Origin: Patescibacteria group bacterium
Lineage (GTDB): Bacteria > Patescibacteriota > Microgenomatia > Levybacterales > GWA1-39-11
Assembly (NCBI GenBank): GCA_035549295.1
Contig: DASZRG010000036.1
Span: 13,324-77,323, forward strand
Direction: 5' to 3'
DNA length: 64,000 nucleotides
Shown here: positions 18,078-26,368 of the stretch, in pieces
Layout of the letters: every line of letters begins with the position of its first letter
Numbering within the stretch: the stretch's first letter is position 1
The notes under the pieces: generated by a model
Databases searched by the model: none
Told to the model about the DNA's origin: nothing
The model's input: only the letters and a program-made list of their open reading frames with translations
Translations under genes and position numbers: made by a program

Positions 18078-18925
18078 GGTAATATTTTGTCTCCAAATTG
18101 AAAGTATGCAAGTATGCCACAAAATATCATCAATATCAAACCTAGAGCAATAAAAATAACTGATGAGTTAGTGGTTGAAAGGCCAAGAACCATACCCTTT
18201 GCAGGAGTCGGCGTCTCATCGTTCCCGAATACATCATCGCGTCCAACGTTTGATGCAAGTTTTAAATTTGAATCAGGATCGTCTGTTGGGGTTGGATAGT
18301 CAGTGGGCGATAGATTAAGAACAGGCGCCGCTGTCGACATAGGTGCCTTAGTCGGTGTCGCAGTTGGGCCAGAGGTTGGAGAAGGCGTAGGCGTTGGGGT
18401 TTTGGTGGGAGTAGGGGTAGGTGTGGGAGTAGGTGTATTTGTTGGAGCACTTGTGGCTGTCGGAACCGGCGTAGCTGAATTGTTTGAGGAGCCTTTACTG
18501 GAACTCGATAGAAGTACAATATTTGACGAGCCATCTGGACTCCGTCCTGCGGTCTGTCCTGAGGCTGGCGCGGCCACAGTACCACCAGATCCATACGTAA
18601 TTTGATCGACATTATTCTCAACTCCGCCCTCATTTAAAACAACGAGTCTGATAGTATCGCCATTATTATCAAGACGATTTGACCAATCAAAAGTTACGAA
18701 TCCATTACCCGGGATGCTACCTGTTAGATCTTGCTTATTTGCGTCGGTTGAGTCGCGAAGTAGATAATTTGAAAGATCGACCGATGAACTATCCGAATTG
18801 TAAATTTCAACCCAATCGGGATCACTATTTGACGAAAATTCATTTATATATAGAGCTGCAAAAGCATGTGCTGGCAGAAACAAAAAAAGGATTAAAAAAA
18901 GAAGGATAAAAGCGGGCTTTGTCAT
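18053..18925 (-). CDS. Surface protein with an N-terminal lamin-tail domain (LTD), a Pro-Thr linker and a C-terminal TM anchor
   Basis: It has a signal peptide, then LYINEF...DWVEIYN...DLSNYLL, which is LTD-like. PTPTPTPTPTKTPTPTP is a linker. There is a C-terminal hydrophobic helix. Confidence 0.6.
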   Translation of the reverse strand: MTKPAFILLFLILFLFLPAHAFAALYINEFSSNSDPDWVEIYNSDSSSVDLSNYLLRDSTDANKQDLTGSIPGNGFVTFDWSNRLDNNGDTIRLVVLNEGGVENNVDQITYGSGGTVAAPASGQTAGRSPDGSSNIVLLSSSSKGSSNNSATPVPTATSAPTNTPTPTPTPTPTKTPTPTPSPTSGPTATPTKAPMSTAAPVLNLSPTDYPTPTDDPDSNLKLASNVGRDDVFGNDETPTPAKGMVLGLSTTNSSVIFIALGLILMIFCGILAYFQFGDKILPWKKNKNL

Positions 18926-18980
18926 TTTGGATAATTGCTTCCCAAAGTCTACAGAAAAAGGATGCGAAGATCAATATTTG

Positions 18981-20225
18981 TTAGTTTACAATGACTTTAT
19001 CTATTTCGAATATACTTCCCACAGAATAATGGTCTGTGAAATTAATATCTTTTCCATTCGGTACATAGGGATCTCGCATAACATAATTTCCACCAGATCC
19101 GCTTTTAAGTACTACAAAATGAGTACCCCCGTAAGCATGCACACCAACTACAACTGGACTTCCATCGGATAATGTTGAGTCGATAGATGCACTAACTCTC
19201 TGAGCTGTTGCTCCATCTGCATGAATAGTATATAGAAGGTAGGCAGGATAGTAAGATGCGAAGTTATCAGAATTTGAATTTATAGATATTGGAGTTACAC
19301 CGCGATGTCCGTAGTGGGTCATAACCATCGCCATCGAAGTCACAAGACAACCATCAGATGCTATTGTATATTGAGTACCGTTAAGCGATAATCCTCCCCA
19401 CTGTGTATCACGCTGATTGTAATAACAACCCCAATCATCACAAGATGTTTGACCAGAAAGAAGGGATGCGCCACCCTGGCTTGATGTAAATCTTGAGAAT
19501 CCTGCAAGCTGGGCTTGCGCTTGTGCAAGAAGTTTTTGATAATTTGACTCACTACCCTGTGTCTGCGCAAGAAGCGTTTGCTTACTACTCTTTTCTTGAT
19601 CCAACTGATCTGTATAATCTGATAATTTTTTACTCAAAGCTTCTGCCTCTGTCTGTTTGTCTTCAAAAATTGCTTTTTGGTTGTTGTAATCATTTTTCGC
19701 CTGTTCCGCCGCATAAACCTGCTTTTTATCATATATCTGCACGATTCTCAGATATTTTAGGCGACTCAACACATCACCGATATTGTTGGCGGCGAGAAAA
19801 ATCTCCCATGGTGCGATACGACCTACTTGATAAACAGCTGCAATGCGTCCTATCAATACCTTTGTCGAGGAGTCAATATTAGACTGGAGATTTGTAACTT
19901 TTTTCTTTGTTATATCAATATCTTTTCCAAGATCGTCAATTTGTTCTTTTGTTGCATCTATCCGAAGCTCTGTTAGCTTTATTTGGTTATCCATAACACT
20001 TATCTGAGATGAGAAAGTCTTTTCTTGACCTTGTAAATCTGCTATTTTTGACTCGTAATCCTGAATTTGTTTTTGAAGATCAGCAATAGCTTGAGAATTA
20101 TTTGATGATGGGGTCGGCGTAGGAGTTGGGGTCGGGTCGTCGGCAAAAGCCGCACGATTTGAAACCGCAAACAGCATTAGTAAAATGACGCAAAATGCGA
20201 GCGCCAGTCGTTTGTGAATCCACAT
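18981..20225 (-). CDS. Coiled-coil peptidoglycan hydrolase (PcsB/CwlO-like architecture) with a C-terminal C39-like/CHAP-like cysteine peptidase domain
   Basis: It has a signal peptide, PTPTPTP, and ~200 aa of coiled coil (IADLQKQIQDYESKIADLQ...). The C-terminal DGCLVTSMAMVMTHYG and a downstream His suggest a Cys/His peptidase. It lies immediately downstream of ftsEX. The start was set at the Met that makes a 1-nt overlap with the ftsX stop. Confidence 0.5.
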   Translation of the reverse strand: MWIHKRLALAFCVILLMLFAVSNRAAFADDPTPTPTPTPSSNNSQAIADLQKQIQDYESKIADLQGQEKTFSSQISVMDNQIKLTELRIDATKEQIDDLGKDIDITKKKVTNLQSNIDSSTKVLIGRIAAVYQVGRIAPWEIFLAANNIGDVLSRLKYLRIVQIYDKKQVYAAEQAKNDYNNQKAIFEDKQTEAEALSKKLSDYTDQLDQEKSSKQTLLAQTQGSESNYQKLLAQAQAQLAGFSRFTSSQGGASLLSGQTSCDDWGCYYNQRDTQWGGLSLNGTQYTIASDGCLVTSMAMVMTHYGHRGVTPISINSNSDNFASYYPAYLLYTIHADGATAQRVSASIDSTLSDGSPVVVGVHAYGGTHFVVLKSGSGGNYVMRDPYVPNGKDINFTDHYSVGSIFEIDKVIVN

Positions 20226-21085
20226 TATTTCAAGTATCGAAGAACTGCCAAGTAACTTGCGAAGGCTCCAAGAGAGCACGCCGCAAGCATTTCTATCAAA
20301 ATCAATTCAAGAACAATTAGAGGCGATAAAGGAAATATTGGAACACCGCGCAAAAAGGACTCAAGAGCTGGCGAGAAGTAGTAGAAAATTCCTGCGGCAA
20401 AAAGGCCGCCAATAATAGATCCGATAAGTCCATACACTAAACCTTCGAGAAGAAATGGTGCGCGAATAAACCAGTTTGAAGCACCCAAAAGTCTCATGGT
20501 CTCAATTTCATCTCGACGAACAGTTATTTTAATACCTATTATAGTGATTATTACTAGTGTTGAAACCGTCACCAGAATCGCGATTACAGCAAGACCCACG
20601 CGGCGTGCAGCACCTGTCCAAGCGACAAGAGTATCAACGATATCTTTTTGAAATACTACTTGGTCAACATTTGGAGCCCCCTTGACGATTTGAGCAAGAC
20701 TTGATAGATCCTCTGCTTGATTTGCCTGAACTTCGATTGATGCGGGCAAAATGTCGGCTGTCACAAGATCAAGAAGTATTGGATCGCTTTTATTTTGCTG
20801 TTTGTAAATCTTTAGTGCGTCTTCTTTTGAAACGTATGAAATCGAAGACGTTTTTCCAGTATCGTTAAGCTGCTTCTCCAGAGTTTTGATATCGGCTGAC
20901 GATGCACTGTCTTTGAAGAACACTGTTAACTGAGGTCTTGATTCAAAATAAGATATAAATCTAATAGATACTATCGTCAATATCGCAAACACAGAAACTG
21001 CGAAAAAAGTAAGCCCCATAATAGCGGCTGCGGATAAAGCCTGGTACGGAGATCTTCTAATATATTTTGAAACAGTACTGACCAT
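20225..21085 (-). CDS. ftsX: Cell division permease FtsX
   Basis: 286 aa with 4 TM helices and a periplasmic loop. It is adjacent to ftsE. Confidence 0.8.
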   Translation of the reverse strand: MVSTVSKYIRRSPYQALSAAAIMGLTFFAVSVFAILTIVSIRFISYFESRPQLTVFFKDSASSADIKTLEKQLNDTGKTSSISYVSKEDALKIYKQQNKSDPILLDLVTADILPASIEVQANQAEDLSSLAQIVKGAPNVDQVVFQKDIVDTLVAWTGAARRVGLAVIAILVTVSTLVIITIIGIKITVRRDEIETMRLLGASNWFIRAPFLLEGLVYGLIGSIIGGLFAAGIFYYFSPALESFLRGVPIFPLSPLIVLELILIEMLAACSLGAFASYLAVLRYLK

Positions 21086-21086
21086 T

Positions 21087-21887
21087 TTATTTTTCTGCTA
21101 GCGTCTCAAGTTTTATTTTTGTGTCAGATCGTGCTTTTGGTGTTTCGCTCACCTTTTCTTCTTTTTTTTCGGGCGTGTGTTTTTCATGAGCTTTTTCCTT
21201 TTCGGCATGCTCATGAGGCTTGGCTTTTGCACGTCTATCCTCGACCACTTTTCCACTCTCAAGAACTATCACGCGATCCTCAGGATTTATCAGCTTATCA
21301 TTGTGGGTAGCCATAAAGATAGTGGTTCCTTTTTTATTAATGCTCTTTAGAAGATCAAGTATCTGAAACGATGTCTTCGAGTCAAGATTTCCTGTAGGCT
21401 CATCGGCAAGAATAATATCTGGATCAAAAATGAGAGCTCGCGCAATCGCTACTCTTTGGCGCTCTCCTCCTGATAACTGCGCTGGAAATTGGTCTTCTTT
21501 TCCACTCAAGCCGACCTCAGCTAAAAGTTCTTCTGCTTTTTTTCGTGCTTCTGGCTCACCCATGCCTGAGAACTCGAGTGGCAGCATGACGTTCTCAACA
21601 ACCGTTCTATCAAGCAGCAATTTTAAGTCTTGAAATATTACCCCAACTTTTCGTCGAAGCGTGGGAACTTTTTCTTTTGGCAAACTTGATAGATCAAGCT
21701 CTCCTAGAGTTATTTCGCCGTCTGATGGAAGAAGGTCTTTTATAATAAGGCGAAAAATTGTAGTTTTACCGGAGCCTGTTGGACCAATGAGATATGCAAA
21801 ACTACCTCTATCTATTATAAAGTTGATTTTATTAAGAACTGGGTCAGCTGACCCATACTGCTTGGTTACATCCTGGAAATTGATCAT
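21087..21887 (-). CDS. ftsE: Cell division ATP-binding protein FtsE
   Basis: Walker A GPTGSGKTT, LSGGERQRVAIARAL, and ILADEPTGNLD. It has a Lys/Glu-rich C-terminal tail. Confidence 0.85.
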   Translation of the reverse strand: MINFQDVTKQYGSADPVLNKINFIIDRGSFAYLIGPTGSGKTTIFRLIIKDLLPSDGEITLGELDLSSLPKEKVPTLRRKVGVIFQDLKLLLDRTVVENVMLPLEFSGMGEPEARKKAEELLAEVGLSGKEDQFPAQLSGGERQRVAIARALIFDPDIILADEPTGNLDSKTSFQILDLLKSINKKGTTIFMATHNDKLINPEDRVIVLESGKVVEDRRAKAKPHEHAEKEKAHEKHTPEKKEEKVSETPKARSDTKIKLETLAEK

Positions 21888-21952
21888 TTGAGATTAACAT
21901 GTGACATTTGACATCTGACCCCGATATTATCGGGGTTAATTGTCAATTGTAA

Positions 21953-22444
21953 TTATAATAACTGCAGGCGACCCACATCCATAAGCCAACCGGCTTTTTG
22001 GGCGGAATTTGTTTCACCCCAAACTTTGACTTTTTTTCCTACAAAAGTTGATAAATCAACTGATGACGAAGTCAAATAGACATTTTGAGAATCTCCCCCA
22101 GGTCGCTCCAAATGATACGCACCTTCACCATCAATTCCACCTACGCGAAGCGTTCCCTCAGCGCTATCTTTGAAATCTTTCGCATCCTGCGAGCCGTAGA
22201 TCTGGCCAGTTGTCGCTGTAGTCGTCTGAGTTTTACCATTGGGTCCGACAGTTGTAACCGTACTTGAGCCAACTGCTTTTGAAACCAAAAATCCGGTACC
22301 TATACCCAACAGGAGTAAAACGACAAAAAGGACAACTGGGGGTTTTTTGGAATTCATGCTGTGTAATTTTGGTTTTTCAGTGTTTGATTTATCAGGCTTG
22401 TTTGCCTCTGAAAAATCATGGATGATCTTGTCACCTTTCTCCAT
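21953..22444 (-). CDS. Hypothetical membrane-anchored protein
   Basis: A single TM helix after a basic N-terminus, with a Thr/Gly-rich extracellular region. Confidence 0.35.
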   Translation of the reverse strand: MEKGDKIIHDFSEANKPDKSNTEKPKLHSMNSKKPPVVLFVVLLLLGIGTGFLVSKAVGSSTVTTVGPNGKTQTTTATTGQIYGSQDAKDFKDSAEGTLRVGGIDGEGAYHLERPGGDSQNVYLTSSSVDLSTFVGKKVKVWGETNSAQKAGWLMDVGRLQLL

Positions 22445-22512
22445 AAACTAAGTAAAGCATATTCTCGAACTTTTGGCAAGCAAGGCTGGCGTTGAGTATT
22501 AAGTATTATGTA

Positions 22513-23259
22513 TTAAGTGGGTTGAGATGGAATATTAAATTTATGTAAAACTGTAGCCACATATGCTGCATGTCCCGCCACTCGTCTTTCTTGCTGATCA
22601 AATCTTGAATGAGGGGCTCTTATAGCCAGACCTAATGGTAATTCTGGCTCGAAAATTACTAAAGTCATGCCTTCACTTAGTGGGTACGCATATTTTGGTC
22701 GTTCATCGGCGCTAACCACACCCAAATTATCCGCCATATTTAAAACTGTTTTCCAAGCTAAAAGAGTGTCATCTGAAGTTGGCTCATAGGTTTGCCTGAG
22801 ATAGTCAGGAGCTTGATGATATGGATTTCCCAAATCATTTCTTATGGGCATACTGAGGATTGAGAGATTATTAATTGCACCAATAAAAAATTCCTCTCCA
22901 GCTATCTCATTATCTATTTCAAATTCGGTTGCTCCAAGCGCTAAGTTGAAGTTAATTTTCTTTTCTATATCGTTTAGGTCTATCTCTTCAGTCCAGGGAA
23001 GAAAATTTTTGTATGTCATTCTTACGGCATCTATACTAGGATCACCTTCAAAATGATCTATCAAGCCTTCATCTCTGGCAGTTGTTGCTAATGATGCCAA
23101 TAAATTCAATCCAGCAAATACAAATAACTGTCGGGGACGCAGATTCCTAGTAACACTTCCAAAACCTTGCCTTTTCGCCATTTTATATAGGTCAAATTTC
23201 TCCTGAATTGTTAAATCCGAGAAAGATTCCCATCCGGTTGAAAACTCATGTTCACTCAT
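22513..23259 (-). CDS. Hypothetical protein
   Basis: 248-aa ORF with no recognisable motif. Confidence 0.35.
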   Translation of the reverse strand: MSEHEFSTGWESFSDLTIQEKFDLYKMAKRQGFGSVTRNLRPRQLFVFAGLNLLASLATTARDEGLIDHFEGDPSIDAVRMTYKNFLPWTEEIDLNDIEKKINFNLALGATEFEIDNEIAGEEFFIGAINNLSILSMPIRNDLGNPYHQAPDYLRQTYEPTSDDTLLAWKTVLNMADNLGVVSADERPKYAYPLSEGMTLVIFEPELPLGLAIRAPHSRFDQQERRVAGHAAYVATVLHKFNIPSQPT

Positions 23260-23370
23260 AAACTCATTATTATAAGATTAAATTTTGCAAAATCAATCTA
23301 AAAGGCGAGATTGCTTCTATGCACTTACCTAAGTGGAACTTAGCTTGTTGCTCGTAATAATGAAATATTT

Positions 23371-23467
23371 GTCACTGCGAGCCCGAAGGGCGTGGCAGGC
23401 TCGCAGGCGAGATTGCTTCGTTTCACTGCACTTCGCTTCGCTCGTTTGTTCACTCGCAATGACAAGG
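23371..23467. repeat. Hairpin repeat of family 2 (GTCA[C/T]TGCGAG...CTCGCAATGAC termini)
   Basis: TGTCACTGCGAGCC...GGCTCGCAGGCGAGATTGCTTCG...CACTCGCAATGACAAGG. Its ends are inverted repeats, and it shares GAGATTGCTTC with the copies at 33922, 34236 and 50804. Confidence 0.75.
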
Positions 23468-23517
23468 ATTCTTAGATTACTTTTTCGAATTTGGTCTTGT
23501 CGTAAAAGTTGGAATTC

Positions 23518-23652
23518 GTCATTCTGAACCCCGATCCAATCGGGGAACCTTGTTTCAGAATCTCATACTTCGAGGTCCTGAATAACGAGCAATTTGTCAT
23601 GCTGAATTTATTTCAGCATCTCGTTGAGGTCCTGAAACAAGTTCAGGACGAC
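23518..23652. repeat. Composite hairpin repeat of family 1 (modules M1-M3), flanked by 32-bp imperfect direct repeats at 23481-23512 and 23669-23700
   Basis: GTCATTCTGAACCCCGATCCAATCGGGGAACCTTGTTTCAGAATCTC... is identical over ~58 nt to 33204-33261. The modules are xxCTGAA...TTCAGxx hairpins. Confidence 0.85.
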
Positions 23653-23659
23653 ATGATTT

Positions 23660-24283
23660 TTAAATTATTTTTTCGAATTTGGCGATGTCGTAGAAGTTGG
23701 GGTCGGATTCGAGAAATAGATCCGAAGGATTTTTTACTAGATCAATGTTAATTATTCCATCCATGTGATCCATCTCATGCTGAATCACTCGGTTCATCAT
23801 GCGATTTACATTAGACGTATCCTTCCCATTCCAAACTTGCACTACACCCTTCTCATCCAGATACTCAACCTCGACCCGAGCAGGACGAGCAACGGGGGCA
23901 ATAATAGGAAGAGCACTCATACACATTTCGGGGTAAATATACTTCTCTCCAGACGATTTTAGAACTCTTGGATTAATTATGACTCTGAATTCGTCAGAAA
24001 TGTACATAACAGAAATTCGCTCAGGAATACCAACCTGAACTCCGGTGATCCCTCGACCGTGACCAGTAATTCTGCGAAAATCCAATAGGCATTTTTTGAG
24101 ATAAGAAATTTTGGAATTTATCTCAACAGAACCAATCTTTTTCAGATCGACTTCGGGTGATGGACTGTGCAGCTCTTCATATTCACCTATCTGGTAAATA
24201 AATTGAGAAGTTTTTGCAGTTTCTTTAAATATTTTTGCTTTGTGGGCTGCAAACTTTGGTGGGGTCGGTTTCCAATTTTTCAT
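23660..24283 (-). CDS. def: Peptide deformylase (divergent)
   Basis: GHGRGITGVQVG is motif 1, EMCMSAL is the EGCLS-like Cys motif, and QHEMDHMDG is the HExxH motif. Confidence 0.65.
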   Translation of the reverse strand: MKNWKPTPPKFAAHKAKIFKETAKTSQFIYQIGEYEELHSPSPEVDLKKIGSVEINSKISYLKKCLLDFRRITGHGRGITGVQVGIPERISVMYISDEFRVIINPRVLKSSGEKYIYPEMCMSALPIIAPVARPARVEVEYLDEKGVVQVWNGKDTSNVNRMMNRVIQHEMDHMDGIINIDLVKNPSDLFLESDPNFYDIAKFEKII

Positions 24284-24748
24284 TTATTTCATTATCTTCT
24301 TAACTATCATTTGAGTATCTTGATGAGTATGTAACTTAATTACTTCTTCTCTCGTAAACCAACCTGCCTCGACTGATTCATGAGCGGCGGGTTGGATATC
24401 TTTTTCGTCGGCTTCGACACAATACATGAAATCTATATGAAAGTGAGGAGGTTCTTCTCTGTGAGGTGGAATCGGTTGCTCCATAATAAACATGGGCACC
24501 GGAAGAAATTTACCATCATGTCCCTGAGAAATTTCATCGGACAGAAAACTAATATCTACACCTGTCTCCTCGAAAGTTTCACGTATGACCGCTTCAATCG
24601 GGTTTTCAAATTTCTCAATATGACCTCCAGGCTGAAGCCATAAATTAAATTTCTTGTGCTTGATAAGCAACAATTTTTGAGGATTTGTTTTGGTCAAAAT
24701 CCATGCCGAGGCAGTGTAATGCTTCTCGCCTTCTTGTGTTTTTCTCAT
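24284..24748 (-). CDS. NUDIX hydrolase
   Basis: The Nudix box GGHIEKFENPIEAVIRETFEETGV is present. The start was moved to the internal Met so that it abuts the upstream gene. Confidence 0.65.
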   Translation of the reverse strand: MRKTQEGEKHYTASAWILTKTNPQKLLLIKHKKFNLWLQPGGHIEKFENPIEAVIRETFEETGVDISFLSDEISQGHDGKFLPVPMFIMEQPIPPHREEPPHFHIDFMYCVEADEKDIQPAAHESVEAGWFTREEVIKLHTHQDTQMIVKKIMK

Positions 24749-25005
24749 TTGAATGAAATTATTTGAAAGCCGTATTTTTTGATATCCTCCGGTTTCCAAA
24801 AAGGCATATCTTTTATTTTTCCAACGTACGTAACTTTCTTGACAACCTCACGGCCTGTATATTCATTTTTATCCTCATCCCATTCTTTTAAGATCAGAGT
24901 ATCGCCCTCACAACACTCAAAATCAGCAAGACGAAGATCATACGTTTTCTTACCTGACTTTATGAGTTCAAAATATTTCTTCCAAACCTTTTTCTCAATT
25001 CTCAT
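24745..25005 (-). CDS. DUF3850/ASCH-like small protein
   Basis: KVWKKYFELIKSGKKTYDLRLADF...GDTLILKEWDEDKNEYTGREVVKKVTYV matches the DUF3850 pattern. Confidence 0.55.
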   Translation of the reverse strand: MRIEKKVWKKYFELIKSGKKTYDLRLADFECCEGDTLILKEWDEDKNEYTGREVVKKVTYVGKIKDMPFWKPEDIKKYGFQIISFK

Positions 25006-25006
25006 A

Positions 25007-25042
25007 TTCTAGTCTCTAATATCTAGTATCTAGTTACTAGCT
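25007..25042. promoter_or_regulatory. CTAG-rich conserved motif copy, overlapping the last codons of prfB and abutting the DUF3850 start
   Basis: ATTCTAGTCTCTAATATCTAGTATCTAGTTACTAGC is related to the copies at 8457, 16718, 49325 and 53429. Confidence 0.65.
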
Positions 25043-26034
25043 TTCAATTCGGCGTCGATAAAAATGTCTATTTCACCATCGAGAACGGCTTCGGTATTGC
25101 TTGTTTCGGCACGCGTCCTGAGATCTTTTACCATTTGGTATGGATGCAAGACGTATGAACGAATCTGATTGCCCCAAGATGCGGGTTTGTAAACTCCCTT
25201 TAATTCTTTCTCTTGTTCGGCTGCTTTTTGCTGCTCAAGAGCCCAAAGCTTCGCTTTCAAGAGTTTCAATGCATACTCGCGATTTTGTCCCTGAAAGCGT
25301 TCAGTTTGACATGTTACGACAATACCAGTCGGTTTGTGTTTAAGCCTAACCGCAGATGAGACTTTCTGGACATTTTGCCCTCCATGAGATGAGGCGCGAT
25401 AAAAATCCCACTCCAAATCGTCTTCTTTTATTTCAGTATCCGTAGTTTCAATATCGGGAAGCACCTCAACTAAGGCAAAGGAGGTATGTCTCAAATTATC
25501 AGAATTAAAAGGCGATAATCTAACTAGGCGATGAGTACCTTGTTCACCCTTCATATATCCATAGACAAATTGGCCATCGACTGAAATTGTTGAACTTTTT
25601 ATACCAGCCTCTTCACCCTGTGTTTCATCGACTATTTCATACGACCAACCTTTTCTATCAAAAAATCGTAGATACATTCGCTTCAACATAGCGGCCCAGT
25701 CCATAGCATCGGCTCCTCCTTGACCAGCGTGAATTGTGACAAGCGCATTGTTTTTGTCATATGGTCCTGCCAAATAAAGATACATTTCCATATCACGCAA
25801 AAGCGTTTCGAGCCCAGTCGTGCTGTTTGAGTCGATATACTCCTGAAGCTTGGCTGCATCATCCACTTCTTTTTGTAGAAGTGCCATGAGTTTCATTTTG
25901 CGAGTAGCAGCTTGTGTATCTTTCCAAAAGTCAGGTCTCATGGACTCTGCTTCGATCTCTCGGATCTGAGTTTTTTTTGCTTCGATGTCGAGTTTGCCTA
26001 TCAAAATTTTGGCGCGCTCGATAAGATCGTTCAT
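25030..26034 (-). CDS. prfB: Peptide chain release factor 2
   Basis: The GGQ motif (SSHGGQNVQK) and the RF2-specific SPF motif (RLSPFNSDN) are present. The 334-aa frame is uninterrupted, so no programmed frameshift is used here. Confidence 0.9.
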   Translation of the reverse strand: MNDLIERAKILIGKLDIEAKKTQIREIEAESMRPDFWKDTQAATRKMKLMALLQKEVDDAAKLQEYIDSNSTTGLETLLRDMEMYLYLAGPYDKNNALVTIHAGQGGADAMDWAAMLKRMYLRFFDRKGWSYEIVDETQGEEAGIKSSTISVDGQFVYGYMKGEQGTHRLVRLSPFNSDNLRHTSFALVEVLPDIETTDTEIKEDDLEWDFYRASSHGGQNVQKVSSAVRLKHKPTGIVVTCQTERFQGQNREYALKLLKAKLWALEQQKAAEQEKELKGVYKPASWGNQIRSYVLHPYQMVKDLRTRAETSNTEAVLDGEIDIFIDAELKASN

Positions 26035-26368
26035 TTCAAATTGATTTTAACAGAAAAGATGGAATACGCATACTTTTGTTCAGTCAAAATTAACAAAACC
26101 AGGTTCTTTTCTGCCGAAAAAAGAACCAAAAGCTCTCACTCCAGTTTTGCTTCATGCTTTCGAGTTTCACTCACTCGTCGGGTGATTTCACCCCCTCCTC
26201 GATCCAAGTCGTTGCTTGGCCGAGGAATCCCCCTGACTTCGTTCGTTCAACTCTCAAGAATTCAGCAAAAGGGAGTGATCGTGTCGCTAAAAGAAAATTT
26301 TTCTCATACTACTTGCAATGTTTTCACACTTCTGGAATACTATTATTTATATATAGCGTTTTGCGCTT

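Noticed and set aside
18262-18633. ORFs encoding poly-PQ/poly-GV peptides on both strands inside the LTD gene
   Set aside because: These are frame artefacts of the Pro-Thr repeat-encoding DNA (ACNCCN repeats). The LTD frame is the only one with domain content.
23333-23751. Two overlapping plus-strand ORFs (64 and 80 aa) in the def-upstream spacer
   Set aside because: They are translations of the hairpin repeat copies (for example VILNPDPIGEPCF from the M1 module) and have no start context. Repeats, not genes.
25030-26034. Expected +1 programmed frameshift site in prfB
   Set aside because: The RF2 frame is continuous from Met to stop with no internal in-frame UGA or CUU UGA shifty site. This organism, like many, encodes RF2 without autoregulatory frameshifting.
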